Notes: generated from the sequence alone by a model not told the origin. A DNA stretch of 63,312 bases, filler included, from Sphacelaria rigidula (GCA_964200075.2; 9 parts of 9 records of this genome joined end to end with filler, not necessarily neighbours in it), one strand, 5' to 3'. Shown: positions 23,001 through 36,778, counted from the whole stretch's first letter. A program made the numbers and translations.

Positions 23001-25839
23001 AGGTACTGCTGCACCAGATCTAATGGGAGTGTGGCATGAAAGACACATCTGAACCGCGCACATTGCACGCGAAGTGCGGTCTCCAAATATCTGACTGTTC
23101 GCAAGTAATCAACAGCCTGGGTATATACCTACTCTACCTCCAGGTGGATTTCACCCCCAACTGCTGGCTATATGCACTCTGCGCACGCATGTTCGCCGGT
23201 TACCGTCTCGGGTCACTCCCCTTCACTCTCTAGTAGTGGGACAACATCATTCGCCTGCAGCCTACAAAGCACTGTGTACACAATGCGCATGTGGTGACTG
23301 TGACATGTGATGGTGCCGTCTGTACAGTACAGGGTACTGCAGGATTTCCGAACGGAATTTTTTAATTAAAAAAAAAAGTCAGCTCTCGTACACTAAAGCA
23401 GGGGCATCGTGAAATGAATCACAGGACTTACATGCACTGCCGTGTTGGCATGAAAGGTGGCAATCATACGCTGCAGCCAGGTGTCCCAGCTTCGTTCTGC
23501 CCAGCTGATGGTCGCTTCGAGTAACCAACAGGCATGTCAGATTCTGGCACCTTAACACGTGATCGTTGCTCAGAGACCCCACGCTAAATAGAAAGCACGA
23601 TTGATGCACTACACCGTATGCAGACACAACGTGAAACAGTGCAGCTCTACAGCGATGCGGCTATGCAGTGCTGCCCATCTTCTCGGTCGGTCACCATGTC
23701 GTGGTCGAGTCTCAGGGGAGCGTATCAAGCTCGTGGGACATAGGCTGGGGGTGGTGAAACACCAGCGGCCAGCGTAACCGTTACTGCAGGCAAGCAGTTG
23801 TACTGCACCATAGACTCACCGAAGAGTTCGATTCAACCAGCACTGCATACATCATGCAAAGCACAGGCTTACTTTCACGTGCAGAAGAGGTGCTCTCGAC
23901 TTGCTTGCAAGCGAGTTGTCTCCAAGTGGTGGCTGATGGCTTTGTCATTAGGCTTAGCTACTAGTTAGCTACAACTAAAGTTGCTGGGTGATGGAAGTTG
24001 TGAGGGCGAGGGGCTCCGGTCAAGGACGCCCAAGTGGAATACAACACCAACATGCGAATGGAATAAGACCTACTGCACTTGCCACGCGTACTGCAAAACG
24101 CCTACTACACATACAGTCGATATCCGTCGTAACATCCCCCTCCCTTGCTTCGTGCACGCTGCTAATGGAAGGTAAGGAAAGTCACAGCTTCATGGACTCC
24201 GGGGGAATTCCCTCTGCTTTGTATGCGATCACCCTAAGATCACGGTAGCGACGAGAAAACCGCAGAATTTCGGGGCTAAGACTAACCGCGGGAAAACCTC
24301 GTCATGAAATTGGAAGGATGGGCGAAACCTGGTTTCCAGGGGAAAGCCTCATCGCTTGGGGAAAAAATCTCTCACGCCCTTTCAGATCAGAACGAGTGCT
24401 TTTGCATGTGCTATGTCGTCCCGGGATTCCAGTTACACTGGGAACCATGGAGAATGACTATTTTCCGATGGTAACGGCGCTTAGACACCCTTGATTGACT
24501 TACAATCCCGGGTAGTGTAGGACTCGCAAAAAGAGCTGACCCACTAAAAACAAACAGAAAAGCGCTTACTGGCTGATGGGAATGCGTAGTATTTTCTCTC
24601 ACCGACCAGCAGCAATTGACCTACTGGACACAAGGAGACTCCTATATCTTAGATCAACAGTTCCGTCATGGTACAGTGTCCAAGCAGGTACTCGGTGCCC
24701 ACCCTTTTTGTACCATGCTCACTCCACGATACGATATGCTCTACTCGAAAGGGGTGGGACACCGTAAAATCGGATCAACGTTCTTCGAGGACGAGGGAAC
24801 GTGATGAACGAACCGGGTACGTGAAACAAAGGGTGGGATCAGGTCTGACACAACCAAGAAATCAATAATCTCCATGGAATGCAAGACCGGGAAAAAAACA
24901 AAGGGCGGGCTAAGATCAACTCCGCGAAAAGATTTAAAGGAAAAGGGAAACCGAAAAATATTGCTGGGGGAACAAACCAGGCCCACGGTAAAAAGAAAAG
25001 GGAGAAAGGAAACTGAAACATGAAAGAAAACTAGAAAGGACCCACCACGTCCGTAACACGGAAAAAACAAGTCATGGAACATTAAAACAATAACAAATAT
25101 AGGACTGACACGAGAAAAAGGATCAGGTCCTACGAAATCAAGAAAAACCGAAACGGAATAGGGAAGAAGAACAAATGGAATCCAGACTAGAAATAACCGG
25201 ACAGAAAAGAAAAGGATGAGGCCCTGAGGAGGAAGTTCTGCTTCGAAAAAACGAGGCAAACAAATCGAGAAGGCGCCCCCCCCAAAACCAAATCAAGATC
25301 AAACGTTGTAAAGTGAGAAAATAAAGCCGGGAACGATACAAGGTATATAACCGAGCTCATAATCAACGGGAAAACACGAGTGATAACAGGCCCGAAGAGA
25401 GTAGAAAACAAGTAAGTACCGAACAGCTGTTCCAATAAAAAGAAAGAAACAGTACTGAACTACTGCTCATTACTATATAAAATTGTACGAACACAAATAC
25501 AAAGCGCTGATCGCTCCTGTAATGCACCACAAAACGGTCTCCAGCTTTCTTTCGTACAATGTTACTGCTTTTCTCTGCTTCGCTCGCTCAATGCTATCGA
25601 CTCGCTCGTCTTGGTCACTTGCTGGAGCTCTTCACTTGAAGACTCCCCGCAGTCTTCGTGGTCTCATCACTTCTTTCGGAGCGTTCACCGTCGTCGAACA
25701 CTTGTCCTTTTTGCTGAGCTCCGTCAATATCCTCTCAGAATGCGAAGCCTGTGAGGAAACAAGTTCAGAACATCACTGCGCGACAGAGGAACATGGTGTG
25801 CTCGGGCGGGATAGCATACTTGATGCCTTGGCTGGGTGG

Positions 25840-27560
25840 TGCAGATGCCAAAGGGCGTGGAACCCGTCCACTCGGGAAGCATCAGGCTTTCCAGGACTCT
25901 GCTACCTGGTAGCTTCTCTGACATTGCTCCATCCTGGGCCTTTGCTCGCTATTTCCAACCTGATTTTTTGGGGGGGATTTGGACTCGCGACGGTGTTTCA
26001 GGGTGAGGAGGTGGGATGTGGGGTTTTAAAAGGTTGGCGTCACCCCGAAGTCTGGTGTTCAACCAAACTAGGTGGACCTGTCAGCGGTTAAATATCTCAG
26101 GTGGGGCAGGTAACGGTATGTGGTTCGACCTATGGCGGACTATCTTACGCGTACGTATTTTGTGTCCCGGCATCACCACCTCCAGACCGCGTGCCGTCAT
26201 TAATCCTTGCCAACTTTCCATGTACCGTGTACTAGTGCTGCAATTTCCTGCCGTGGCCATCCCGACATTGAGATCTCACCTTCCGGATCCATCACTAGTC
26301 TTACCTCGCATAGGTGCTATTCGTGCTGTTCTACGAAAGAGTCCAGTCCTGCCCTCGATTCTGCTTCTTGTGATATACGTGAAGGTCAGCTTAGATATAT
26401 GTGTGTTTTTGCGTCGACACGGCAACTCGGGGAAGGGAGCAGCGTGTCCAGCAATGTGCGCTTGGTTCAAGGGGCCAATGAGACGTGTTCACCCCACCTG
26501 ACTTGCAAAGCTCTGACAACATATCCAGCATACATCCTCCTGGTCTCACGACTGCGTTCTTACCGCGTGGGAGATCTGACGCTTCGGAAAGGAATGCCTT
26601 CTTTCACTCACCTGCCCAAATGGGTGACTACCTCCACGCTAAACTCTTCGCCTCTGTTCCGCGAATCTTTTGAGGGGCACCGCAAGTTAGGCACATTCTG
26701 CAGGGGCACTGACTACCCCGTTGACTTGTTTTGATGGCCGTGGAAAATCAATTGAGGATCCAGTAGCGAGGTCAAGTGCCTGCAGATGTATGTGTATGTG
26801 AGTGCAACATTACCTCAATTGTTGGCAAAATGATCACCTCGCCCCATGGGTCTACCGCACGCCCCTACCTGATGGCCGTTTGGCGACTGCTTGACCTCTT
26901 GGGCCTCCTGCAACGGCATGGCAGCACATCTTGCCTGATATCTTTCGTACTTGTTGACGAAAGGGAGCGGTCACGCATCGTGGAAAGGGTGGCGCCTATT
27001 GCTAATTTTTCGAGTGCTCATCATTATTTTGGAACCGCAGACGGGTCCTCAGCATCGACTCCCAGGTATCACTTTTATTTCGTACTCAGATCGCCTCTCA
27101 CCTACCGTTTCGGCAGTCGTTTTCCCCTCAGGTCCAATGATTATGTGGGGATTCCAGAAACAGTAGAAGGATTGCAAAAACAGATAGACAAGGCGCAAGA
27201 ATACAGTAGGCAATGAAGAGGGGCAGAGAACAGCGAAGGAGAGGGATAGCGAGTGTGAAAATATGCGCGATACTCGTCTGTAACGAGGATGAGAAACATC
27301 CACTGGGGTTCAGGTCGAAGTGGGAAGGAGAGGAAATTTCGATTTTAGACCTATATATATATATATATATACCTTGGCGTAGAGATCTCAAAACACTGTT
27401 CTTGGGATGCACAAATTGACAAGGTTGAGGGTAAGGCACAGATAGGAAAGATGAACGTGATCCTCAGAGACCCGCACCCAGACAACAATGTCCAGTTCGA
27501 GGTCTGTCGGATGAAGTAGGCGTGTCCCCCCCAGCGAGGAGCACTTCGCCCACCTTCGTT
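25840..27560 (-). pseudogene. Highly degenerate Ty3/gypsy pol relic (integrase and chromodomain-like tail)
   Basis: Manual minus-strand translation across stops and frameshifts gives, in gypsy order: KRSSSRQTAI..VDPW, GEEFSVEVVTHLGR..DLPRG..LSELCK, KLQH*YT.TWKV (GPY/F-like) and VDGFHALWHL. Confidence 0.6.
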
Positions 27561-29837
27561 CCTTCGCTAACTGTGCAGAATGACCAGTACTCACCTACTA
27601 CGGAACCTTGATCGGTGCTGTTCGGGCGGTCTCGGGTCTACCACTTGGGGAGCTACGTGACGCTACTCGACAAAAAAGGTGGCGTTGATTTGCTGCGAAT
27701 GGAGTACAGTACTCTCAAACAAGGGGGCGTTTGTTGCTCACCGTTGATGGTGACCATAACCTGTTTCGGGTCCGTGGAGGACAGCCCAGTGTCCAGAGCC
27801 CACCAGGACGCCTACCAGCTCCCGTTTCTCCCATCCACCCACCTGTTAACCTTACGCTACAACCTTCCCGATATATGGTTACACCATCTTCTCAGATGTC
27901 TAGCAAATCGCCATTGGCTATGATTGGTGGAGCCGCTGTCGATGCCCGATCTCACCCGTTATCCCGAGTTGGCTTTCGTTGCTCTTAGTGGCCGTCCCTG
28001 GAGTTTGCCATCAACAGTGTTTTCGTGAGATTGAGAGTAGATGATATGATTGAGAGTGAAAAGCGGTCAATCAGTGAATGAATCNNNNNNNNNNNNNNNN
28101 NNNNNNNNNNNNNNNNNNNNNNNNNNNNTTAATTAATTAANNNNNNNNNNNNNNNNNNNNNNNNNNNNNNNNNNNNNNNNNNNNAGACAAAGCGTTTTGA
28201 GAAAGACTATTTTTGAAAAAAAAAAAGAAACCTAAGAAAAAAAAAAAAAAGGAACAGAAAACAATAGGAACAGGAAAAAAAGAAAAGAAAGAGGAATCGA
28301 ACAGAACGATATAGCAGACTAAGTCGTAACGAAAAAAACGTGATAAAAATTCAACACAAGCAAAGCGCAGAAAGAAATAGCCGACCTAAAGCAAGAAAGA
28401 GGAAAACAAAAGTAAATTACAAATTAAATATGAAGATGCAATGGAACGATGGGGGGAAAAAAAGGAAGAAAAAAAAAGCCTAAGGGATTCATGGCAGCAG
28501 AGTAGATGCAGACACACACCAGTGGGCACCGCGGAGCCACCGACTAAGGACATAATCAACAACCGATATGAGAGGACAGGATTTTCCGATTGGCAGCCCT
28601 CGACATAGCAGCCTCTCGCTTGTGACGTTGGTCTGATTCTCGCTTGTCCGCGCGTCGCCACGTGTCCTCAACTGGAAGGAGTAATCAATGTGATTGGTTG
28701 GTTGTGATTCGATCCCTTGTCGCGCGTGAACACTGACTGATCCGCGGCAAATCCACCGTGCTTCTTTGATACAAAATAGACGCATGTCATGTTTTTGGGA
28801 CTGGGCCTCCGGAACGACCAATGAGGCTGGTTAGGAATGACGTGTCTGGCGTATGCACGTAACAATAGTGGCTTTGTGTGGCTGAAGATATCACGTATGT
28901 AACCGCAGGGTCAGAAGGAAGACCGAAAATTTCGTTCAACCTATTTTAAGGTGCAGGTGCAAACTATACTTCGGGTGTTGTGTGCATCAGGTAATGTACA
29001 GATGTATCAAGCAGTATGAGTTGCTAGAGAGCTTTCAACAGGATGTGGCGATTGCCGCCCGCCACTTGTGGCTTTGGATGATAAGATTGTCCTCATCACC
29101 TTGCCACACAGCCCTTTGTGGTCGGGGTGGGCCGTGATTTCCCTCTTTGTCGCAAGCAGCAAATTCTCTTCGAAGGGCATGGGGGTGTTGCGGCGCACAT
29201 ACAGTACAGTACGCCTGTCCGACTGTAGCAGCAGCTGCCGCTGCATACTCCCTTACACGTTCTGGGCAGTTCTCTGCGACGGAGATCAGCTGCCTATACA
29301 CAGCTTGTTCGTTCCCGTCAATTACATACGATCTCACTGCATGCTGTACCGCCCCAACAGAGGGATACGCAGAACTCATGCCTCTAGCTCCGTCTCTCGT
29401 TCCATTGCGTTGCTAGATCCAGTCGCCCTGTGAACATGACCGCATATATAGTAGGGTACGCTTTTCCCGTATTCCCCCGAGCACCCTGTGTTCGTGTAAT
29501 TACTACGTTTTACCATAGGATGGTGACCAAAAATATACTCGGGGGAATGGGGGAATGACCTACATGCAATGCAAGTAGATGATAAAAAACGGGAAATAGC
29601 TCCCCGACCATCGCGGCTTGCTTTTGCTTCGAAGTTTGTTTGTGGACCACGGACAGGGTACGCACACAAACTCGCCAGAGATATCACACCCCGAGACAGC
29701 CCCCCCCACTGATCGTTCGGATGTGGTCGATAAATTTCGCCTCGCTGTGATTGGGCGCAGAATTTTTATTCATTGTTTTACTAACACATGGTGAGCCGCG
29801 TGTTACTGAAGATCAGTCCCAAAAGGGTTATTTTGGA

Positions 29838-29965
29838 TGTGATGATGATGATGATGATGGTGATGATGATTATTAGTATTGAGACTTTAATATGATTATT
29901 GAGACTTTAATATGATTATGGCTGGTAGTAGTAGTAGTAGAAGTAGTAGTAGAAGTAGAAGTAGT

Positions 29966-30003
<38 letters not shown>

Positions 30004-30010
30004 TAGTATC
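29838..30010. repeat. Compound (GAT)n/(TAG)n/(CAG)n microsatellite
   Basis: Direct inspection. Confidence 0.9.
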
Positions 30011-30839
30011 ATCGTTGTTATTATTTCTACACATTAGCCCGACCTCTCGAACCCGTGATCACAGATAAAGGCTCGCTTTTCCTTCACTACTATTCCTCAC
30101 AGGAGATAGAGGCAAGGTAAGTATAAAACAAAATGCTCTTTGCAGGGCAACTGGAGAAAAAGGGGGGGGGCAAGAGGAAAACATAAAACATGTAAGGATA
30201 TTACTGTCTTTTTCTAGAATACCATGATGGAAAACCTTTTTTTAACATCCTGTAGAAGGCACATCTTACAGAACACATACAAGAACGGTTTACGCTACTT
30301 ACTGCACTTGCTGTGTCATTTTACTCTGCACACATGATGAGGAAGCTCTCCAGCTGCTCAGTTCATCTTGCGAAGAAATAAAATCCGTACAGTACGTCTC
30401 TTCTCTGGATTTCTCAATTGTGTTTTGTTCCCCGTCAAACTTGTAGTTCCTCGCCTTCGTTGCTCCGTCTGGAACGGGATGCGCGGTCAATGGTCAAACG
30501 ACTAAGGCAAGCAACAAAATGAGTACGCCCCCGTTCGTCCGGGCGAATCCTTATTCATCAAGAGATCGAGTTATCAAAGGATCAGCAAACCCATCCATCT
30601 CTTCCTCGGTACCGCTCCCGTGCACCGCGTCGACGTTCTTCAGAATTTTCTTCGTTTCAGTTCATGCGACAGAAACATCAGATATTCCTGAGAGCATTGA
30701 ATAATGTGTTGTATGTCTTGAGATTCTTACCCCCAACTCTGCCGCAACCGATTTTGAGAAGCACCACTGTTAGACGGCCACGGCGCGGCGGTGGGAAAGC
30801 ACCGAACGGTCAACGCATAAGAGTACACTTTCAACGGCA

Positions 30840-31330
30840 GGTCGGGTACTGTATGTTATACCCTATACTCGGGCGGGTATTTACGAAAAAACTCGTACTT
30901 CTAGTACGGGAGAAAATTGAGTGGAGTATGGAGATCGTACCCAACTCCACCTAATGTTTGGGTAGAGTACGGAAAACATACCCAACTCTACCCGTCACTT
31001 AGATACAGTGTTGAGGTCATATTCAAGTGATACACTATATTTAGGTATTGCTAAAAATACTTGCCCAACTGTGGGTAGAATACTGATATTGTACTCAATT
31101 TTGCCCAATTTTGGGGTAGAGTGTTGAAATTGTATCAAATTTACTCAATATACCCAATATTTGGTATTGAAATCGTACCCAAACTCAATTCATAATCTGG
31201 GTAGAGTATTGAGGTCATACCCAAGTGGTACTCCATACCCGGGTATCGCTTAGAGTACTTTCTCAAGTTTGGGTGAGAGCATTGATATTGTGCCCAATCC
31301 ACCTAAAACTTGGGTAGAGTAAATTCCCGT
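30840..31330. repeat. Degenerate array of TACCCAA / TGGGTAGAGTA motifs in both orientations
   Basis: About a dozen motif copies; probably the interior of a non-autonomous DNA transposon. Confidence 0.65.
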
Positions 31331-32690
31331 GCATTGTATGAGGACGCCACGGGAGAAAATATATTCCATGCCTACCTGCGACAGATGCAAAGTCCAAGCG
31401 CAGACCGGGTAGGTTACGCGCCTTCGTGTACCCGTGTACTCGTACGTGCTGCAGAATTGCAGACATCATATTACCATGTTTTCCGTTTCCCTATTACTAT
31501 GGATGTTTATGTGAGAGTACAGAATAAAAAAAAGAAGAGATGGAGCGACTCTATTGATCATTTGATTGATCACGTGGTTTATTTATGTATTGAATTGTTT
31601 TTTGATTGTGCTGTACAGTGATACGGACTGACTGCTTGGCTGACTGACCCTGCGACGAATCCGCCCGTGGTCGTTGGATACAACAAGATAGACGTATGTA
31701 AGAACCCTCGGCAAGGTATACACTCTGTAGTACATGTCTTTCGTGTATCGCCAGAATTGAAGCAGCAGTGAAGCGCAACGGAATACTTGACAATGTGGTG
31801 CATTGGTGTAAGGGGGCGTTGCATTTCGGGGCAGAAACCTGCGTCGTTCGGGATGTGCGCTTGAGAGTGGGGTGCATTGGCATAGCGGGGCGTTGCATTC
31901 TGCCGTCCTCTGTACGCCACTGTACCCCCTGGTGTTGCATTCCAACAATATGGTTGGTATGGTTGACAGGGACGGGTTTGTGTTGCAGGTAGAGGTGCTG
32001 CGAAAAAGAAGTGTGATGCTTCGTTTTCGTACAGGATAAAGTACCAAAAAAGGATTCGCTCGACACTTGATTAAACACTGGGGCGGAGGGGCATCGCACC
32101 AACAATATACAGGATATCACAATGCGCATCCCGGTTGGAATTCAGATGGTGAGTCTTGCTTGTTTCCTTTCGTGTGGTCAACGAGCGCTCGCTTTTTTTT
32201 GTGTTCACCACATTTTTCACTTCTCATTTCAGTAGATGTCAAATCGCACGCGACGAGCGGATGTCAACTGCGAATGCACGGCTCAACGAATCGTAGAGCC
32301 GTCGCACATGAAAAGCACGTGGAGAGAGTCAGTATAGAGAGTCAGTATAGAGAGTCAGTGGATGAAAAACTTCGAGTGCTCTCTAGGGGTATTTAGCATT
32401 CAGCGTATTCCCCCTTCTTTCAGTACTTCGCGAGCGACTGTCTAACCTTTTCGAAAGCGGCTCCTGAACTAACTCTGTGGGTTAAGGTTATAATGACCCA
32501 TCGACCGCCGTGGTGAGTTGGTTCATCTGGATCACCAATCGATCATTTGAGTTGGAAATGATATTATTTCCACAGATGACCACCCACCATAAGGTGATCA
32601 GACACATCCATCACAAACCCAACGCTGCCGTTGTGCATATGAATCTCACGCGATACCCCCCCCCCTCACCCGCCCCGGTGTGCCCACCCC

Positions 32691-32722
<32 letters not shown>

Positions 32723-32755
32723 CGCCCGCAGCACTTGTATTCGTCTGGATCCTGA

Positions 32756-33112
<357 letters not shown>

Positions 33113-34557
33113 TAAGAGGTTAATAGTGGCCAAATAGGGGAACTGCACTGGTAGGCATATACCGAAGCACTCAGCCCAGGAACAGGCAAGGCGAGACAAG
33201 GCAAGACGACGCGATAAGGGGCGAAGGATGATAGAATCCGAGTACGAGCCTAAGAAAAGGGAAATATGAAAAAGAACGTGAGACGGAACATGATAAACTA
33301 GAACAAAACGAAACAGACCAGACCAAGACCAAACGGAAACGAAAAAAAAGGAGGACAACACAATCATACACGACAGGCGGAGAAAAAAAATAATAGCCAC
33401 GTTATCCCCGCCCTGTAGAAGAGCCGACATGACTCCGGTTCCACCCGCATACGGTGCTCCCCTTCGCAGCATTGAAGGATATACAGGTACGAGCACAGTA
33501 GAGAACAGTTCAAAATGTCTTGTGTTTTGATATGTCAACCCCGTGCCCGCTCTATTATAGGAAAGCGGACCAGTGTCATGATTCAGATTACAGTTTTGTG
33601 GGGACGGGGCGGGACGGGACGGGAGGTGTCCGCATGATTCATCATGTCGTAGTCATCTGACCATTGACCTCGCATCCCTGCAAAGTCGGAACGAGGCACC
33701 CCGGGTTTTCGCCGGACGGGGCTCGCAATCAATCACCAAGCGCGAAGCGCTGTGATGTGTTCGGCGAGTGGCATGAGGGGTGAGCTGCATCCTGCTAAGA
33801 TGGTTCCCGAAGCGTACAGATTATCTTGCGTATGGATGACAGCCTCGAACGACTCGCTTCCTTCGGTGGTATCGTCACTCTCAGAGACGGTCACGGCTTA
33901 CGCACTGCCTCATGGGTACAATTGGGGGAGCGGGGGGGGGGTTCGGGATAGTCAATTTGGGTGGAAACTCATCGCCTACACAGGAAAGGCCCCTGCCTCA
34001 CATGCGCTGCGTGTCATTGCTATTCGCGCACAAGCCACGACTAACATTATTTTTTGCGGCTCGGTAACCGCAAATCGGAAGCGATACTTGCACCAGTAGT
34101 ATGTATGGCTATGCATGCACGGATGCCAATCAGAAACACAAACAAAAGAAGCATGCATGCAGGGGAAAAAACGTACACGATTTTGCATCCTTCTCAGCGA
34201 CGCTAAAAGGCTGCCGCATGCCCATATTTTTCACGTTTATTCAACGAGTGTTTCCGTTTCGGTTACCTTGGGTACGTCACGTCCATCCTGTGGATAATGA
34301 CCTTGTGGATCAGCTTATGTGCAACAGTTGAATCAAAATCCGAATGCCTATTTACTAGTTTTGCTTCACTCCTGCCAAACAGTCCATGGCCATGTAGCGT
34401 CCACCTACTGTTCGCCTACAAAACTCATCCTCCCCCAAACCTCGCGGGATTGTTCATGGACGTGAACGTTGGCAACATTCATCATGGGCGATCGAAATGT
34501 TGAAATGTATGACAACTCCACCCCCCACCCCCCACCCCCCCGTCTCCTTTTGAGAAG

Positions 34558-34653
34558 GTGTGCGAGTTCGTGCGACTACGAATCGAAGCCCTCCGTAAGG
34601 AACAACCAGGACAGTATCAGAACGTTTCGGCGCTTCGGACAAACTCCATGCTG
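34558..34653 (+). CDS. METTL1: Next exon of METTL1/Trm8
   Basis: GAGAAG|VCEFVRLRIEALRKEQPGQYQNVSALRTNSML|GTATGT. Phase-0 join to the previous exon; matches the Trm8 pattern V..YV..RI.ALR...YQN...RTN.M. Confidence 0.88.
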
Positions 34654-34664
34654 GTATGTCAGGG

Positions 34665-34810
34665 GGGGAAGGAGGAGTCAACTTATTTGTTGCTTGCCTG
34701 AGTCGTTTGATCACTGACCCTGCATCCCTTTCGAGATAGAGCACCGCTTTTACTCCAAAAAGATACACCTCCAGCATTTGGGCGCTCATTGCGTTTCTTC
34801 CATACGTCAC
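34665..34810 (-). mobile_element. LINE 3' end, family B (ORF end WKKRNERPNAGGVSFWSKSGALSRKGCRVSDQTTQASNK*), next to a C-tract
   Basis: The same tail, GGTCAATGGTCAAACGACTAAGGCAAGCAACAAATGAGTACGCCCC, occurs at 30460-30532 and 40494-40570 (+) and 49368-49440 (-). Confidence 0.7.
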
Positions 34811-35641
34811 CCATTTTGTTTACTGTATATTTTCTCGTTCCTGCTTCGCTGTCTGTGGCCACCATGTATCTCCTAGTACAGCGATTGTTTTCCCGCTACT
34901 GTCTCATGTATTAAACGATTTCATGCCACCTTCGTTTACTTCACACATTTTCCCCTCTAGCAGTTGCCGTTCTTCCTTATTTACTTCACATAATGCCAAT
35001 ATATGAGGTTTACTCTCTGTTGCTTCACGTTAGGGTGCCGAGGGGGGGGGGGAGGGGGGGGGGGGGGGGGGCCCAAAGGTTCTTCTGGGCACCGGCAACG
35101 TCCTCGCCGCCCGCTGTTTTTACTCGGCTTNNNNNNNNNNNNNNNNNNNNNNNNNNNNNNNNNNNNNNNNNNNNTTAATTAATTAANNNNNNNNNNNNNN
35201 NNNNNNNNNNNNNNNNNNNNNNNNNNNNNNCCGCAGAAGGAAGGTGGGGTACTAAAAACAAAAGAAAAAGAAAAAGCTCCTGTGTTGACAAGCCTCCTGT
35301 GTGACCCCGGCTGATGCGCCCACATTTACCGAAAGGTATAGACCGGCGTCCAGAATAGAAGGGACGACAACCCAACACACAGATCCATCTGTCTGATTGA
35401 GTTTCGTTTTAAATTGACCGCGCAGCCAGGCAAAAATGCAAGCACGATAATACTCCGTATACTCGCAAGTATGTTGATGTTTCAAGCATTCGATCGACGT
35501 TTACCCGATCTTGTTTTGTTAAAAGATGGCGGGTGGGAATCCTTGGAAAAGCACATGAAAAGCTGCCATCGTCCCCTTCCCTCCCGCCCGCTTGCCCGCC
35601 GCCGCTTTTCCTCCATTCAACCCTTCGCCGATCTAATCCAT

Positions 35642-35687
<46 letters not shown>

Positions 35688-35715
35688 ACCCCCCCCCCCC
35701 CCCCCCCTGGATCAG

Positions 35716-35985
35716 TCGGTGCACGCGCCACCGCCTCAATTCTCTTCCTCGGTGCACTCCACCCGCTCGGCCGCCTCCTCGGCCCCGCACTCCACGTACA
35801 CTGACTCGCGCTCGCTGGAGGGATTGGGCGATGATGACTCTGCGGCGGCCGTCGGCGGCGCGGCGTTTGTGATCGAGCGGCGGCGGCAGGCAGACGCGGT
35901 CCGTAACCGGCTGTCCGTGGCCGCCCACGGCATCCTGGAGTCGTACGCCGAGACTGCGGGGCAGAGGCTCGCCGGCGTGCTTCAG
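35716..35985 (+). CDS. VPS51: VPS51 (GARP/EARP tethering subunit) exon
   Basis: Poly-C tract, then ATCAG|SVHAPP..ILESYAETAGQRLAGVLQ|GTGGGT; phase 0. Confidence 0.72.
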
Positions 35986-36056
35986 GTGGGTCGGTACCCG
36001 TAGGTAGCTGGGTAGGATCGAGAATTGCGTCGAGAGGGGATTTTCCCCTCATTTGT

Positions 36057-36093
<37 letters not shown>

Positions 36094-36778
36094 CTGGTTG
36101 CGTCGAGNNNNNNNNNNGCGGCGCCCGCATCGCGGGCGGCGGGGGGTTTTCTCCCCTTTGCCCCCCCCCCCCCCCCCCCTTTCCTGGTCCGGTTTTGTAG
36201 GGATACTAGGTCAATGGTCATGCGACTACGGCATGCAAGGTCATGAGTACACCGCCCACCCTTGTCTCTCCTGCTCTATCAGTTGTTTTTCACTATACGT
36301 CATATGGGGGTGGTAAATAAAGTGAGTGGAAAATGACCTGTAGCACGTTTTTAAGGTTTGAATATCCTTTGCTACAGTACGTCAGACGAATTTTCTGTGT
36401 GTAGTCCTCATGTCTTCGTGTAAATATGCATGCATCTGGAAGTGGACTTTGAGCAGGTTATGGTGTTTTTTTTTGTGTCACTTGCGTGCATGTGTGTGTA
36501 TATGCATGCATGCATGTATGTATGAATGTATGTTGTGTGCGTAATTTATGGAACGCGTGCTGATAGCTGTAGCTGTTTCAGCGCACTTTTCGAGCTATTC
36601 GAGCTGTTTGCGTACTTTTACCGAACGTATCTTACTCTGGCTGTTTTTTTGGCTTCCGTATTGTCTTATTTGTTGAATTGGCATCGCACATGCTTTGATC
36701 GAAACGGGTGCTCGTAGTATGATTTCTGTCTTTGAGTACTTGTAGTCGCCGAGTTGCCCCACTTTTGAAGGTTATTAA

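Larger units (their letters stand above)
21167..28058. mobile_element. Candidate non-autonomous TIR-bounded unit
   Basis: CACTCTCAATC(G/A)TATCATCTACTCTCAATCTCACGAAAACACTGTT at 21167-21212, inverted at 28013-28058 (45/46 identical). Flanks are CAAAGC and AAAAGC. Confidence 0.5.

Noticed and set aside
35414-36316. Poly-Pro and poly-Gly ORFs
   Set aside because: Derived from intronic C-runs; the real exon is 35716-35985.
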